Assembly: GCA_965222615.1 (NCBI GenBank) | Contig: CBDCUI010000009.1 | Span: 672,001 to 736,000 of the forward strand | Source of the DNA: Gammaproteobacteria bacterium | GTDB lineage: Bacteria > Pseudomonadota > Gammaproteobacteria > UBA4575 | Length of the DNA: 64,000 nucleotides | Direction of reading: 5' to 3' | Shown: in pieces, positions 52,945 through 64,000 of the stretch | How the letters are laid out: each line of letters starts with the position of its first letter | Position numbering within the stretch: the stretch's first letter is position 1 | Program-made: the position numbers and the translations under genes | Notes under the pieces: generated by a model | The model's database searches: none | What the model saw: the letters and a program-made list of their open reading frames with translations, nothing else | What the model was told of the DNA's origin: nothing

Positions 52945-53460
52945 TCAATCTGAGCCGAGGAAGTGTACGCAGATAGCCTTAATATTTCAAGAATGTGAAT
53001 GTATCTTAAATTAATACTGACTCGCGCTCTTCATACATCCTTATATTCATTCAACTATCAGTCGACAAAAGTTTATTAAAAATAGAATCTTGTCAAGCTC
53101 GTTATACTCAACCGTTAAGACAATTTAAGGAATCGCTTCGCGATACTTGATTTGCGAGTAATACCCACTCGCATGTGTCCCCGCATCAATCTGAGCCGAG
53201 GAAGTGTACGCAGATAACCCTAATATTTCAAGAATGTGAAAGCATCTTGAATGACAAGCATCCCCTTTAGATCTCTCAGTTTATATCCAAAAATCAACAG
53301 CCAAAGATTTATTAAAATAGAATCTGCTGAGTTCAATACACTCAACTATTAGGACAATTTAAAAAATTATTTTTATATACAGGAATCGCTTCGCGATCAT
53401 TAATTTGCGAGTAATACCCACTCGCAAGTGTCCCCGCATCAATCTGAGCCGAGGAAGTGT
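52938..53460. repeat. Tandem ~241-253 bp repeat upstream of tRNA-fMet (2 full units plus a partial one)
   Basis: ccccgcatcaatctgagccgaggaagtgt at 52938, 53179 and 53432, with diverged but alignable interiors. Confidence 0.85.
52962..52990 (-). promoter_or_regulatory. Sigma70 promoter of tRNA-fMet
   Basis: TTGAAA-N17-TACACT plus GC-rich discriminator; a second copy lies at 53203-53231. Confidence 0.7.
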
Positions 53461-53566
53461 CCGGTGTACCCGGACTAGCTCACTTCGATGTTCTACTTTA
53501 CATCTCTTGTTATCAACCACTACTATTTGTGGTGCACTTTAAATTTGAACTCACCTTCTGCAACAC

Positions 53567-54592
53567 TCATGGCAATTTGTGGGAAGAGAGAAACTCCCAG
53601 ATATCGTCGTTTGTCAGTTCGCGTGTGACGGCACCAATTCTCCGCGCCGGCTGATATTGGTAGCCATTGGGCCAGGTATGTCCGCCGCCATTAATAAGAT
53701 AGCCAACGAGTGGCGCCTTGCAGCCGTTCCACGTATACCGAGTCACATGGGTAGCGTCGTCGAACTGATTCTTTAGGTTTACCGCTGTTGGTTCATTGGC
53801 GCAACCATTGATATCTCGCCACACGTGCATGCTACGTTTTATACCAACATATCTACCTTCGAATAGTCGCTTTGCACCCGCACAAGTCGGTGCGCCGCCA
53901 CTGTAGGGCCAGGCACAGTCGGCCGTTCCATGTATCTGCAAAACTGGTACTGGTCGCTTTGGTCGACAGCCTTGAACCGTGCTTACTTGATTGCCGCCTT
54001 CCACTGCCGCAATCGCCGCGATTCGTTGTGGCAATTCACAGGCTAAGCGGTGAACCATGGCGGCACCGTTCGATATACCCGTTGCATAAACCCGCCGCAT
54101 GTCCAGTTGCTTACTAAGTTCCAATGCATCTAGCAAGACGTTAAAATATCGAATGTCATCGACGTTGTTTTTACACGCTGGCCCTGACGTGCAAATCCAC
54201 TGCTTACCTACATCACCGCCACCAGCGTTCCATGAGCGCATTTTTTTCATTAGCGGACGCGATGTGCCGCGAGGGAAAACAGCAACATAGCCATTGCGCA
54301 CCGCATGGTTCGTAATGCAGTCCTGATGCTTGAGGTCACCGTTCGGACAGGTCGTGCGAATGGCATTGGATGCATCCGCGCCGCCGCCATGCAGCACAAG
54401 TAGTACCGGCGCTGGAGTTTTTAGGTCGTCTGGAATGAAAACATCATAAGGCCTCTTTGGAAATCCCGGCAGTGCGACATGCTCGCGGAGGTGACCATTT
54501 TGAGAGCCAGCAGATACCGCGTACGTTACACCCACCACCACTAGAGCAATCACAATTGCGGCGGCTTGTGTTCCAGCTTGCCTCAAGTTCAT
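53567..54592 (-). CDS. Secreted alpha/beta hydrolase, PHB-depolymerase/LpqC-like esterase
   Basis: Signal peptide, LVLHGGG, DDI, GISNG nucleophile elbow, IHGTAD, GGGHTWP; higher GC than its neighbours. Confidence 0.85.
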   Translation of the reverse strand: MNLRQAGTQAAAIVIALVVVGVTYAVSAGSQNGHLREHVALPGFPKRPYDVFIPDDLKTPAPVLLVLHGGGADASNAIRTTCPNGDLKHQDCITNHAVRNGYVAVFPRGTSRPLMKKMRSWNAGGGDVGKQWICTSGPACKNNVDDIRYFNVLLDALELSKQLDMRRVYATGISNGAAMVHRLACELPQRIAAIAAVEGGNQVSTVQGCRPKRPVPVLQIHGTADCAWPYSGGAPTCAGAKRLFEGRYVGIKRSMHVWRDINGCANEPTAVNLKNQFDDATHVTRYTWNGCKAPLVGYLINGGGHTWPNGYQYQPARRIGAVTRELTNDDIWEFLSSHKLP

Positions 54593-54686
54593 GTCGTTTC
54601 CCCCTAGTAGCCCTCAGTAATCCGACAGAATACCAGAGAGTTGTTTAATTGCTATTTGTTAACTCTTCTTTTTTTAATTCACTTGA

Positions 54687-56123
54687 TCAAGTTACTACTT
54701 GAATGCAGTAATTTAACAATGCATTAGGGAAAATAAATAAGGCAACGATTAGTAAACCATTAATGGATAGCACTGTTTGCGCAAGTATAGGTTTTTGTTG
54801 GTTAAGTAGCAGGCCAGTTTCATCGAAATACATATATTTAACTACGCGTAAATAATAATACGCACCTATGATAGACATGACGATTGCAAGAATTGCCAAC
54901 CAAAGCATGTCATTGCCGATTAAGCTTTGTAACACATACAGTTTTGCATAAAACCCAACGGTAAGCGGAACACCTGCCATCGAAAACATAAGAAGCAACA
55001 TAATTAACGCAATCCAAGGATGAGTTTTGCTTAGCCCCTTGAGGTCTACAAGATTCTCTACTTCATTGTCTTGATTACTAAGTATTGTTAACACACCGAA
55101 TGCACCAGCTGCCATTAAAACGTAAATGACTGTATAAAAAAGTGCTGCTGCATAACCAACTTCATCACCGGATAAAAACCCAAGCAGCACGAAGCCAATG
55201 TGCGAAATGGTTGAATAGGCCAACATGCGTTTAATATTGCTTTGTGCAATGGCAATGATATTTCCAAATATTAAAGACAAAGCCGCTAATATCATAAGCA
55301 TGCCTTGCCAATCATCAAGCAACTCTAGTAAACCATCATTTAATAAACGAAATGCCATCACAAACGCTGCCAGCTTAGGCGCGGATGCAATAAACAGTGT
55401 AATCGCGGTGGGTGCCCCTTGATATACATCTGGAACCCACATATGAAAAGGAATTGCGCCAAACTTAAAGGCGATGCCAACTACCACAAATGTCAGCGCA
55501 AATACTAAAGCGATACTAAACTCTTTTTGACCTCCCAGATATAAATTCAACCCAGCTAAATCTAGTGTTCCAGATACTCCATACAATATGGATATTCCAT
55601 ATAAAAGCATTCCTGAAGCAATCGCTCCCAGTACAAAATATTTGATGGCCGCTTCCGATGTGTCATTAGAATCGCGTACATAAGCAACCAAGGCGTATAA
55701 ACATAATGATAAGAGTTCTAAACCTAAATAGATCAGGATAAAGTTATGCGCAGACGCCATAACTAACATTCCAAGCGTGGCAAAAAGACCTAGAATATAA
55801 AATTCAGCTTTGGCGTGACCACGTTGAATTAAATATGGGCGCGCGTAGATAAAAACCACAGCAACCGCTACACAAACAAATAGTTTAATTGCCCTTGCAA
55901 GTTCATCATTAATATACAAACCCTCAAAGGCAAACGATTCAGAGTGTTGTGGCGCTAAATAGATGGTGATAAATGTAATCAGCAAGGCAACTAAACTTAA
56001 CCAATATGCCATAACCTCGCTTGCCCGCCCTGCAAAGAGACTAAAGAGCAGTACCAACGTCGTAGCCGCTAACAACACAACCTCTGGCATTGCTATGATT
56101 AGATCTGTATTTAGATTTTCCAT
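54687..56123 (-). CDS. nuoN: NADH-quinone oxidoreductase subunit N
   Basis: EAAIKYF, FKFGAIPFHMWVPDVYQGAP, KRMLAYS. Confidence 0.95.
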   Translation of the reverse strand: MENLNTDLIIAMPEVVLLAATTLVLLFSLFAGRASEVMAYWLSLVALLITFITIYLAPQHSESFAFEGLYINDELARAIKLFVCVAVAVVFIYARPYLIQRGHAKAEFYILGLFATLGMLVMASAHNFILIYLGLELLSLCLYALVAYVRDSNDTSEAAIKYFVLGAIASGMLLYGISILYGVSGTLDLAGLNLYLGGQKEFSIALVFALTFVVVGIAFKFGAIPFHMWVPDVYQGAPTAITLFIASAPKLAAFVMAFRLLNDGLLELLDDWQGMLMILAALSLIFGNIIAIAQSNIKRMLAYSTISHIGFVLLGFLSGDEVGYAAALFYTVIYVLMAAGAFGVLTILSNQDNEVENLVDLKGLSKTHPWIALIMLLLMFSMAGVPLTVGFYAKLYVLQSLIGNDMLWLAILAIVMSIIGAYYYLRVVKYMYFDETGLLLNQQKPILAQTVLSINGLLIVALFIFPNALLNYCIQVVT

Positions 56124-56128
56124 ATTCG

Positions 56129-57640
56129 TTATCTAATATTGGTCAGCTGCGCCTGTTGCAACAGATGTGTAACTGATGCATCCATCATTTCAATCAAAGG
56201 AGCCGGCCAAAGCCCAAGCCATAACACAAGAACAGTTAACACAAATAAGCAAATGAATTCTCTATGATTGAGATCATTTAATTCTGCGACCTGTTCGTTA
56301 CGTACTTCTCCAAATACAACACGTTTTATCATCCAAAGCGTGTATGCCGCACCAAGAATTAGTGTTAAGCCTGCAAGAAATGCATACCAAATATTTGCAT
56401 TAAAGCTCGCTAAGATCACCATAAATTCTCCGACAAAACCGGAAGTACCCGGTAAACCTGCATTGGCCATGGCAAAAATTACAAAAAACGTTGCAAATTT
56501 AGGCATGCTATTCACGACACCACCATAGTCTGCAATTTGTCGACTGTGCATACGGTCATAGAGCACGCCAACGCATAAAAACATTGCGCCCGAAATAAAT
56601 CCATGTGAAATCATTTGTACCATTCCGCCTTGCATCGCTAATGCAGCATGGGCATGACTTTTAGAGAACAAAGAAAAAATTACAAAGAAGCCAAGTGTGA
56701 CAAAACCCATGTGGGCAATGGAAGAATAGGCAATCAGTTTTTTCATATCACGTTGTGCCAAGGCCACAAACCCGATATAAACCACTGCGATCAGCGACAT
56801 GGCAATAATTAAATAAGCAAGCTGATCACTGGCGTAAGGAGTGATCGGAATGCTAAAGCGCAAAAAACCATAGCCGCCTACTTTCAACATGATCGCTGCT
56901 AACACAACCGATCCACCCGTGGGTGCTTCTACATGGGCGTCGGGCAACCAGGTGTGTACCGGCCACATTGGAATTTTTACTGCAAATGCAATCAGAAAAG
57001 CCAAAAAGATAAGTATTTGTTCATTAGCTTCTAAGGTGAATTTTTGTAGTTGCGCAATCTCAAAAGTCCCGGCATTCAAATATAGATAAATCAATGCAAT
57101 CAATAAAAAAACCGAGCCAAAAAAAGTGTATAAAAAGAACTTGATGGTTGCATAGACTTTTCTAGGTCCACCCCAAATCCCAATAATTAAGAACATGGGG
57201 ATTAACATGCCTTCAAAGAACACATAAAAAAGAATGGCATCCAGCGCACAAAACACGCCTATCATCAAGCCTTCTAGAATTAAAAACGAGGCAAAATATT
57301 CTGCAATACGCTCTTGCGATACTTCCCATCCAGCAATAATTACCAGGACTGTGATGATGGTTGTTAATAGAATTAACGGTACCGATATGCCATCTACACC
57401 GAGTGAATAAAAAATATCAAAAGCCTGAATCCAAGGGAAATGTTCCTTAAACTGCATTGCATAGCTACTACTATCAAAACCATTGGCTAAGGCAATGCTT
57501 ACCAAGAAGGTAACTACAGCAATTATTAATGACAGCCAACGCACTGTATTTACCGAGACTTTTTTAGCAAGCAGCACTAACACGCCGCCCAAAATGGGCA
57601 GCCATATCAAAACACTAAGTATCGGTAATGAAGCAAACAT
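56129..57640 (-). CDS. nuoM: NADH-quinone oxidoreductase subunit M
   Basis: GVDGIS, WLPDAHVEAPTGGS, KKLIAYSS. Confidence 0.96.
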   Translation of the reverse strand: MFASLPILSVLIWLPILGGVLVLLAKKVSVNTVRWLSLIIAVVTFLVSIALANGFDSSSYAMQFKEHFPWIQAFDIFYSLGVDGISVPLILLTTIITVLVIIAGWEVSQERIAEYFASFLILEGLMIGVFCALDAILFYVFFEGMLIPMFLIIGIWGGPRKVYATIKFFLYTFFGSVFLLIALIYLYLNAGTFEIAQLQKFTLEANEQILIFLAFLIAFAVKIPMWPVHTWLPDAHVEAPTGGSVVLAAIMLKVGGYGFLRFSIPITPYASDQLAYLIIAMSLIAVVYIGFVALAQRDMKKLIAYSSIAHMGFVTLGFFVIFSLFSKSHAHAALAMQGGMVQMISHGFISGAMFLCVGVLYDRMHSRQIADYGGVVNSMPKFATFFVIFAMANAGLPGTSGFVGEFMVILASFNANIWYAFLAGLTLILGAAYTLWMIKRVVFGEVRNEQVAELNDLNHREFICLFVLTVLVLWLGLWPAPLIEMMDASVTHLLQQAQLTNIR

Positions 57641-57648
57641 TATTGTTT

Positions 57649-59595
57649 TTATAAAAATAATTTAGTAAGCAAGAACAGCAATCCTATAATCATTGCAAAC
57701 GCATAATGGTATAAGTAGCCGGTTTGTATTTTGCGTACCTGTCCTGAAAACCAATTGATAATTTTGGCCGAACCGTTTACGACCAAACCATCAATCAACA
57801 AACGATCTCCAAACGAATCACAAAACGAGCCCATCTTTTTCACGCCACCTGCAAATAAAAATTGATAGAGCTCATCAATTCCATATTTATTCAATAAAAT
57901 TTTATAAATGAAATTGAATTTTTGTTTTAATTGCTCGGCAAGTTGTGGTTGTTTGATATAAATCCACCACGCACAAATAATTCCGGCAAAAGCAAGCCAC
58001 ACTGCATAGCCTTGAAAACCATGCGTAATAAACGACCAGACGCCATGGTAATGCTCTTTCATTTCTGCAATCGCACGATGATCATCGGCTACAAAAATAC
58101 TATTGGCAAAATAGTCGCCAAAAACAAATTGGCCAATAAATAACCCGGCAACGATTGAAGGGATAGCTAATAAAATAAGTGGTACGGTAATGACCTTAGG
58201 TGATTCTTTTACATGCTCTAATGTATGAGCATCCATTCTGGTTTCACCGTGAAAGGTCAAAAACAATAATCGAAATGAATAAAATGCCGTAACGAAAACT
58301 CCAATAAGTACGAGTACATAGGCAAACTGGGCACCTGGCAGATGGGAATGATGTACTGCTTCTATGATGGCATCTTTAGAGAAAAATCCTGAGAACCCTG
58401 GAAATCCGATTAATGCAAGTGTGCCAATAAATGCAGTCCAATAGGTGATCGGCATGTATTTTCGTAATCCACCCATGTTGCGCATGTCTTGTTCATGATG
58501 TAGCGCGACAATTACCGAACCTGCGGCGAGAAATAACAGTGCCTTAAAGAAGGCATGTGTAAATAGATGAAAGATTGCAATGGAATATGCCGAAGCACCT
58601 AAGGCAACCGTCATATAACCCAGTTGTGACAAGGTAGAATATGCCACTACTCTTTTTATATCGTTCTGCACAATGCCCACTAGGCCCATAAAGAACGCAG
58701 TCAATGCACCAATCACTAAAATTACAGAAAGCGCCGTTTCACTGAATTCAAACAAAGGCGACATTCTTGCCACCATAAAGATACCTGCCGTCACCATGGT
58801 TGCCGCATGAATGAGTGCAGAGATTGGTGTTGGACCTTCCATCGAATCCGGTAACCAGACATGTAATGGGACTTGTGCAGACTTGCCCATTGCGCCTACA
58901 AACAGACATAAACAAATTACCGTGATCACGGGCCAATGAATATTTTCTGAAATGGAGAAGGTCTGATCGGTAACCGTAGGTGCTTGCGCGAATACAGTTT
59001 GATAATCCAAGCTATTAAATACCGCTAAAATCGCCGCGATCCCTAAAAGAAACCCAAAATCCCCAACCCGGTTAACTAAAAATGCCTTTAAATTTGCAAA
59101 TATGGCAGATTCTCTTGTATACCAAAATCCAATCAATAAATAAGAAACTAGACCAACGGCCTCCCAACCAAAAAATAACTGCAGGAAGTTGTTTGCCATG
59201 ACTAACATCAACATGGAAAACGTAAATAAAGAAATGTAACTGAAGAAACGTTGGTAGCCCGGATCATCATGCATATAACCGATGGTGTAGATATGTACCA
59301 TTAATGACACAAAGGTCACGACCAGCATCATCGTTACCGTTAGGGGATCAATTAAAAATCCGATCTCGAAATCAAGACCGTTTAGACTGAACCAGTTATA
59401 AACATCGATTATGGTTTGTGGTTTATTCTCAAAAATTACTTGCTTGAAAACTACTAGACTTAAAACAAAAGAAATAAATACACCTAAAATTGTAACGCTG
59501 TGTGCACCAACGCGACCGATCTTGCGACCAAACAACCCCGCAATTAGCGAGCCGAGTAATGGCGCAAGTACAATTATTAAGCACAGAAGTTTCAT
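57649..59595 (-). CDS. nuoL: NADH-quinone oxidoreductase subunit L
   Basis: GKSAQVPLHVWLPDSMEGPTPISALIHAATMV. Confidence 0.97.
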   Translation of the reverse strand: MKLLCLIIVLAPLLGSLIAGLFGRKIGRVGAHSVTILGVFISFVLSLVVFKQVIFENKPQTIIDVYNWFSLNGLDFEIGFLIDPLTVTMMLVVTFVSLMVHIYTIGYMHDDPGYQRFFSYISLFTFSMLMLVMANNFLQLFFGWEAVGLVSYLLIGFWYTRESAIFANLKAFLVNRVGDFGFLLGIAAILAVFNSLDYQTVFAQAPTVTDQTFSISENIHWPVITVICLCLFVGAMGKSAQVPLHVWLPDSMEGPTPISALIHAATMVTAGIFMVARMSPLFEFSETALSVILVIGALTAFFMGLVGIVQNDIKRVVAYSTLSQLGYMTVALGASAYSIAIFHLFTHAFFKALLFLAAGSVIVALHHEQDMRNMGGLRKYMPITYWTAFIGTLALIGFPGFSGFFSKDAIIEAVHHSHLPGAQFAYVLVLIGVFVTAFYSFRLLFLTFHGETRMDAHTLEHVKESPKVITVPLILLAIPSIVAGLFIGQFVFGDYFANSIFVADDHRAIAEMKEHYHGVWSFITHGFQGYAVWLAFAGIICAWWIYIKQPQLAEQLKQKFNFIYKILLNKYGIDELYQFLFAGGVKKMGSFCDSFGDRLLIDGLVVNGSAKIINWFSGQVRKIQTGYLYHYAFAMIIGLLFLLTKLFL

Positions 59596-59605
59596 CGGAG
59601 TTTAT

Positions 59606-59911
59606 TTAGCCTTTTAAATTCTCAAGATCTTGAACATTTATGGTTATTCTATTTCTGTACAACACAACTAAGATCGCTAAACCAATGGCTGCCTCTGCAG
59701 CCGCAACCGTAAGAATAAAAAATACAAACACCTGTCCAGATAAATCATTTAAATAATGGGAAAAGGCAATAAAGTTCATGTTTACTGCTAGTAACATTAA
59801 CTCTATGGCCATTAACAGTAGAATCACATTCTTTCTATTTAAAAATATGCCCGCAATACTAATAGAAAACAGAATTGCGCCCAGCACAAGAAAGTGAGTT
59901 AAACTAATCAT
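59606..59911 (-). CDS. nuoK: NADH-quinone oxidoreductase subunit K
   Basis: [19 protein letters not shown]. Confidence 0.96.
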   Translation of the reverse strand: MISLTHFLVLGAILFSISIAGIFLNRKNVILLLMAIELMLLAVNMNFIAFSHYLNDLSGQVFVFFILTVAAAEAAIGLAILVVLYRNRITINVQDLENLKG

Positions 59912-59966
59912 TGTTATAGTTTTAAAAAAGTTTCCCTATTTAATTACAAGCTTTGTTACAAAATTA

Positions 59967-60554
59967 TTATTCTTTTTCTATTGAGACCAAACGTATACGA
60001 TCCTCTCTATTAACGTTAATTTGTTTTGATGGGATCTGATGTTTTTTATACGCTCGCTTGCGCATGGTTAACGTAATCGCTGCAATAATCGCTACTAATA
60101 AAATTACGCCCGCAATTTCAAATGGATATACGTACTGGGTATACAAAAGCTCACCTAACTCTTGGGTATTATCGTAATTTGCTGGTTTGGGAGGTGGTTT
60201 TTGCAAATCAAAGGCTGGACTATTAAGTACAACAAACATCTCTACCACCATAACTGCGCCAACCAATATGCCCAGTGGTAAATATTTAGCAAAACCTGCA
60301 CGCACCTTTGCAATATTGATATCAAGCATCATCACCACAAACAAAAACAAGACCATTACCGCGCCGACATACACTAACACTAAAGCAATGCCTAAAAATT
60401 CTGCTTCAAGTAACAACCATAGTGCGGCACTAGTAAAAAATGCCAAAACTAAAAATAATGCTGCATGTACAGGATTGCGCACTGTAATCATTGCCAGTGC
60501 CGAAAGAACTAACACTGCGGCAAAGAAATAAAAAACTGCGCTTTGAATTATCAT
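59967..60554 (-). CDS. nuoJ: NADH-quinone oxidoreductase subunit J
   Basis: NPVHAAL, VYVGAVMVLFLFVVMML. Confidence 0.96.
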   Translation of the reverse strand: MIIQSAVFYFFAAVLVLSALAMITVRNPVHAALFLVLAFFTSAALWLLLEAEFLGIALVLVYVGAVMVLFLFVVMMLDINIAKVRAGFAKYLPLGILVGAVMVVEMFVVLNSPAFDLQKPPPKPANYDNTQELGELLYTQYVYPFEIAGVILLVAIIAAITLTMRKRAYKKHQIPSKQINVNREDRIRLVSIEKE

Positions 60555-60570
60555 TTGTTTTTATTTTTAC

Positions 60571-61059
60571 TTATCTATAGGCAGAATCGGTTTCACGATC
60601 CGCCGCTATTTGCTCTTCATGCTGTCTTCCTACATCAAGCAACATATCTTTCGTCATAATCTGCGTGCCACGTTCAAAGAATGAGTACTCAAAAATGCGT
60701 GTTTCCACAATGGCGTCGACTGGACATGCCTCTTCACAAAACCCGCAGTAGACGCACTTAAATAGATCAATATCATAGCGTGTGGTACGTCGACTTCCGT
60801 CTTCGCGTTCTTCAGTATCAATGGTGATCGCAAGTGCGGGACATACTGCTTCACATAACTTGCAACCAATACAACGTTCTTCTCCACTTGAATAACGACG
60901 CAGGGCGTGCAAACCTCGAAATCTTGGCGATTGCGGAGTTTTTTCTTCTGGATAACGAATCGTAGACTTCTTTGTTCCAAAACGTTTCCCCGTCAAACTC
61001 ATACCCTTAAGTAATTCAGATAAGGTAAAGCTACGAAAATAATGTTTAAAGGTATTCAT
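60571..61059 (-). CDS. nuoI: NADH-quinone oxidoreductase subunit I
   Basis: Two CxxCxxCxxxCP 4Fe-4S motifs, PRFRG. Confidence 0.97.
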   Translation of the reverse strand: MNTFKHYFRSFTLSELLKGMSLTGKRFGTKKSTIRYPEEKTPQSPRFRGLHALRRYSSGEERCIGCKLCEAVCPALAITIDTEEREDGSRRTTRYDIDLFKCVYCGFCEEACPVDAIVETRIFEYSFFERGTQIMTKDMLLDVGRQHEEQIAADRETDSAYR

Positions 61060-61067
61060 ACTTAATA

Positions 61068-62138
61068 CTAATCAAACCATGGGGAAATTTTAAAATACAG
61101 CAGCACACCTTCGACAAATATCCAAATTAATGTCAGTGGCAATAACACTTTCCAACCCAAGCGCATGATTTGATCATAACGATAACGTGGAAAGGTTGCA
61201 CGAAACCATAAAAAGCAAAATATAAAAAAGCAGGTCTTGGCAATAAACCAATGTGGACCAGAAGATAATACCGAGCCTATAAATGGCAAATGAAACCAAT
61301 GTGCTGGGAAGAAAGGTATTCCTTCTAAAGGACTTAACCAACCGCCTAAAAACAGTAACGCCGTCAGTGCAGAAATTAAAATTATATTGGCGTATTCTGC
61401 CAAGAAAAATATCGCAAAGCCCATGCCGGAATATTCAACATGAAATCCAGCGACGATTTCGGACTCTCCTTCAACTACATCAAATGGTGCACGATTGGTT
61501 TCAGCTACTCCGGCAATTAAATAAGTCAGAAATAACGGTAACAACGGCAACCAATACCAATGCAAAACACTCCCCTGCTGTGCCCTGACAATATCTCCAA
61601 GATTAAGGCTACCACTCGCCATCAGTACACCGACTAAGGCAAATCCCATGGCAATTTCATAGGCCACAATTTGTGCAGCCGAACGTAACGCGCCTAATAG
61701 TGCATACTTTGAATTCGAGGCCCAACCCGCAACAATGACGCCATATACCCCTAGTGATGTCATTGCCAAGATATATAACAAACCTGCATTAATATCGGCA
61801 AAATTCCAACCATCTGCAAATGGAATCACAGCCCATGCCGCTAATGCGGGGATCATGGACAACAATGGCGCAATTCGAAATAAAAAACGATCTGCATCGG
61901 TTGGCAAGATCATTTCTTTAAACATCAGTTTTAATGCATCGGCAATCGGTTGACCAAATCCCTTTGGACCAACTCGATTTGGGCCCAAGCGCACTTGCAT
62001 GAAGCCAATGACCTTACGCTCTGCTAAGGTGACATAGGCAACACAACCAAACAACACCAGAATAAACATAAACATATAAATAGTAGTCAGCACTACTGGA
62101 GGAATTGCCGCGATAATGTTCATTATCCAATCAAGCAT
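61068..62138 (-). CDS. nuoH: NADH-quinone oxidoreductase subunit H
   Basis: [28 protein letters not shown]. Start at MLDW. Confidence 0.96.
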   Translation of the reverse strand: MLDWIMNIIAAIPPVVLTTIYMFMFILVLFGCVAYVTLAERKVIGFMQVRLGPNRVGPKGFGQPIADALKLMFKEMILPTDADRFLFRIAPLLSMIPALAAWAVIPFADGWNFADINAGLLYILAMTSLGVYGVIVAGWASNSKYALLGALRSAAQIVAYEIAMGFALVGVLMASGSLNLGDIVRAQQGSVLHWYWLPLLPLFLTYLIAGVAETNRAPFDVVEGESEIVAGFHVEYSGMGFAIFFLAEYANIILISALTALLFLGGWLSPLEGIPFFPAHWFHLPFIGSVLSSGPHWFIAKTCFFIFCFLWFRATFPRYRYDQIMRLGWKVLLPLTLIWIFVEGVLLYFKISPWFD

Positions 62139-64000
62139 TTGCCACCCTCTGGATTTCAACTGGCGCAATGGCAGTTCCAAGCTGATCGATGTGTTTTGAA
62201 CTTCTTTCTATCCAAACACATTCCATTGGAATGGTTTGATCTATTTTCAAATCTAGTGTCATTTCCTTGTTGCCCTGTACAACACGTACTTTTGTTTCTT
62301 GCAAAACATCAAGTTGTTGCGCCTGTTGTTCACACATACTCACACAAGGTGGTCTTTCATATACAGTTTCTTGCAAAGAGTTGGCGCGGCGAACAATATT
62401 GTCGGTAGCATAAATCGGTGTGCTGGATACTCTATACAACTTCTCTTGTCTGCCATTTAAATTCACCACACTTAAATCTTTGAGACTACTGTTGAATTCA
62501 ACGTCTACTTCAAATTGTGCTTTAAGTTCTTCGCGTACATCTTGGCAAGTTTGATATTGCGCATCTTCAAGGCCTAATTTATTTGCTAGCACTCTTAATA
62601 TGCGCCATGCAGGACGAGATTCACCTAAGCTTGGTACAGATTGGTTTATACTTTGCCATCTTCCTTCTGCATTAATATACGTACCATCCGTTTCTGAAAA
62701 AGTAGCGATGGGTAAAATAACATCTACATATTCCTGCATTGATTCAGTTATATAAGGAGTGAAAAGCACTACGAAGTCTGCTTGTTGCATGGCGTCGATT
62801 GCCAATGGCGCATTGGCAAAATCAAACTCTGGTTCCAAATTAAATAACACATAAGCTTTTCTAGTATTTTCAAGCATTTCATTGGTATTTAAACCAACAT
62901 TTGCATTGCTTTTTCCTGCAGGCAATCTATGTGGAATCATTCCAGCCAACCATGCGCCTGCAGTATTTCCAGCCGATGCAATGATTCCAAAATTTGAATT
63001 CGTTGCGTTCGCAATAAAATTTGCCAGTGCGCGCAAGCAGGATGCTTGCGGATGGGAATCAACCATTGAACCTAGCAATATACTTGTGCAATTTGTATTA
63101 CTCAAAGAATTGAAAATATCCTGAGCATAATCTGAAACTGATACTTCATTGATTAACTGCTTCAGCGTATCTGGTAATTGTTGCACAGCATTTGTTTCTG
63201 CACATTTTGCAATCTCAGCAAGTGCACCTACCCATTGTTGCGGCGCACAATTCCAAGTATTTTGATGGGCAAAAAGAAAATCAAAATTTTGTGCATTTAA
63301 ACTTACAACCTGACAACCATTCGCTTTACGTATTCGATGCGCAAGCATCGGCTGTTCGGTTCGAACATCACAACCAATTAAAAAGATGGTGTCATTTTCT
63401 TCAATCGATTCAATTGATTGGCCCAAATAAGGAAACAGTGGCATAGACTCCTGATCAACGAAATCGACTTGTCGTGTGCGGTGGTCGAGATTTTGGACAT
63501 TCAGGCGACGAAATATTTTTTGCAATAAATATAACTCTTCCACTGATGAATGTGGTGATGCCAATACTCCAATTTGTTCAGTAGAGATGCTTTGTAATTT
63601 TTCTGCTACTTGGTCTAAACATGTATTCCAGTCCGGCGTTTGCCAGCCATGATCACCTTTAAGCATGGGTTGATCTGCCCGTTCATTTGAATGTAAACCT
63701 TCGTAACTAAAACGATCACGATCGGATATCCATGTTTCATTTACTGTACTATTTTCTCTAGGCACAACCCGCATGACCTTGTTGCGCAAAGTATGTAAAT
63801 AAATATTTGAACCAACACTATCATGTGGTGCAACACTGGAAGATTGCAACATCTCCCAAGCTCGTGCATGCATACGTGATGGTTTGGCGTTTAATGCACC
63901 AACTGGACAAACATCAATTATATTGCCAGACAACTCTGAACTAAGGGAACGCTCTATATAAGTACCGATTTCCATAAACTCGCCACGTCCCGTTGCGCCG
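62131..64000 (-). CDS. nuoG: NADH-quinone oxidoreductase subunit G (5' part outside the window)
   Basis: [24 protein letters not shown]; the reading frame continues to the window edge. Confidence 0.95.
   Translation of the reverse strand, partial: GATGRGEFMEIGTYIERSLSSELSGNIIDVCPVGALNAKPSRMHARAWEMLQSSSVAPHDSVGSNIYLHTLRNKVMRVVPRENSTVNETWISDRDRFSYEGLHSNERADQPMLKGDHGWQTPDWNTCLDQVAEKLQSISTEQIGVLASPHSSVEELYLLQKIFRRLNVQNLDHRTRQVDFVDQESMPLFPYLGQSIESIEENDTIFLIGCDVRTEQPMLAHRIRKANGCQVVSLNAQNFDFLFAHQNTWNCAPQQWVGALAEIAKCAETNAVQQLPDTLKQLINEVSVSDYAQDIFNSLSNTNCTSILLGSMVDSHPQASCLRALANFIANATNSNFGIIASAGNTAGAWLAGMIPHRLPAGKSNANVGLNTNEMLENTRKAYVLFNLEPEFDFANAPLAIDAMQQADFVVLFTPYITESMQEYVDVILPIATFSETDGTYINAEGRWQSINQSVPSLGESRPAWRILRVLANKLGLEDAQYQTCQDVREELKAQFEVDVEFNSSLKDLSVVNLNGRQEKLYRVSSTPIYATDNIVRRANSLQETVYERPPCVSMCEQQAQQLDVLQETKVRVVQGNKEMTLDLKIDQTIPMECVWIERSSKHIDQLGTAIAPVEIQRVANA

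Noticed and set aside
52938-53460. Possible CRISPR array (29-bp repeat x3)
   Set aside because: The spacing is ~240-250 bp, the intervening sequences are homologous to each other, and there are no cas genes.

Overview
AT-rich gammaproteobacterial chromosome segment, probably marine or environmental (inferred from gene content). The core housekeeping blocks are aceA/rraA, mltF-tadA-guaBA-xseA-dksA-gluQ, nuoG-N, tRNA-fMet and rimP-nusA-infB-rbfA-truB-rpsO-pnp-msrB. Accessory loci lie between them. (1) An acyl-CoA ligase/LIV-type ABC uptake operon. (2) A 12.7-kb co-oriented cluster: a ThDP enzyme, two citrate-synthase-fold proteins with altered catalytic motifs, a TonB-dependent receptor, an O-methyltransferase, a periplasmic binding protein and a 1505-aa HK-REC-REC-Hpt-REC-GGDEF-EAL sensor. 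It looks like a self-contained 'make, import and sense' small-molecule signalling system and is the best candidate for an undescribed system here. (3) An AlkB/XylM-like diiron monooxygenase with a reductase, a GST-like protein and a 59-aa Fe-S protein missing from the ORF track. (4) A tRNA-fMet hotspot with an integrase-less islet and tandem promoter-plus-trailer units that lack the tRNA body. The non-coding DNA holds an IS30-derived 250-bp miniature element and several Rickettsia-palindromic-element-like repeats. One repeat separates the apparent SD of guaB from its start codon, and another supplies the rbfA stop codon. DksA carries a histone-H1-like hexapeptide-repeat N-terminus. All assignments come from reading motifs by eye; no database searches were run.
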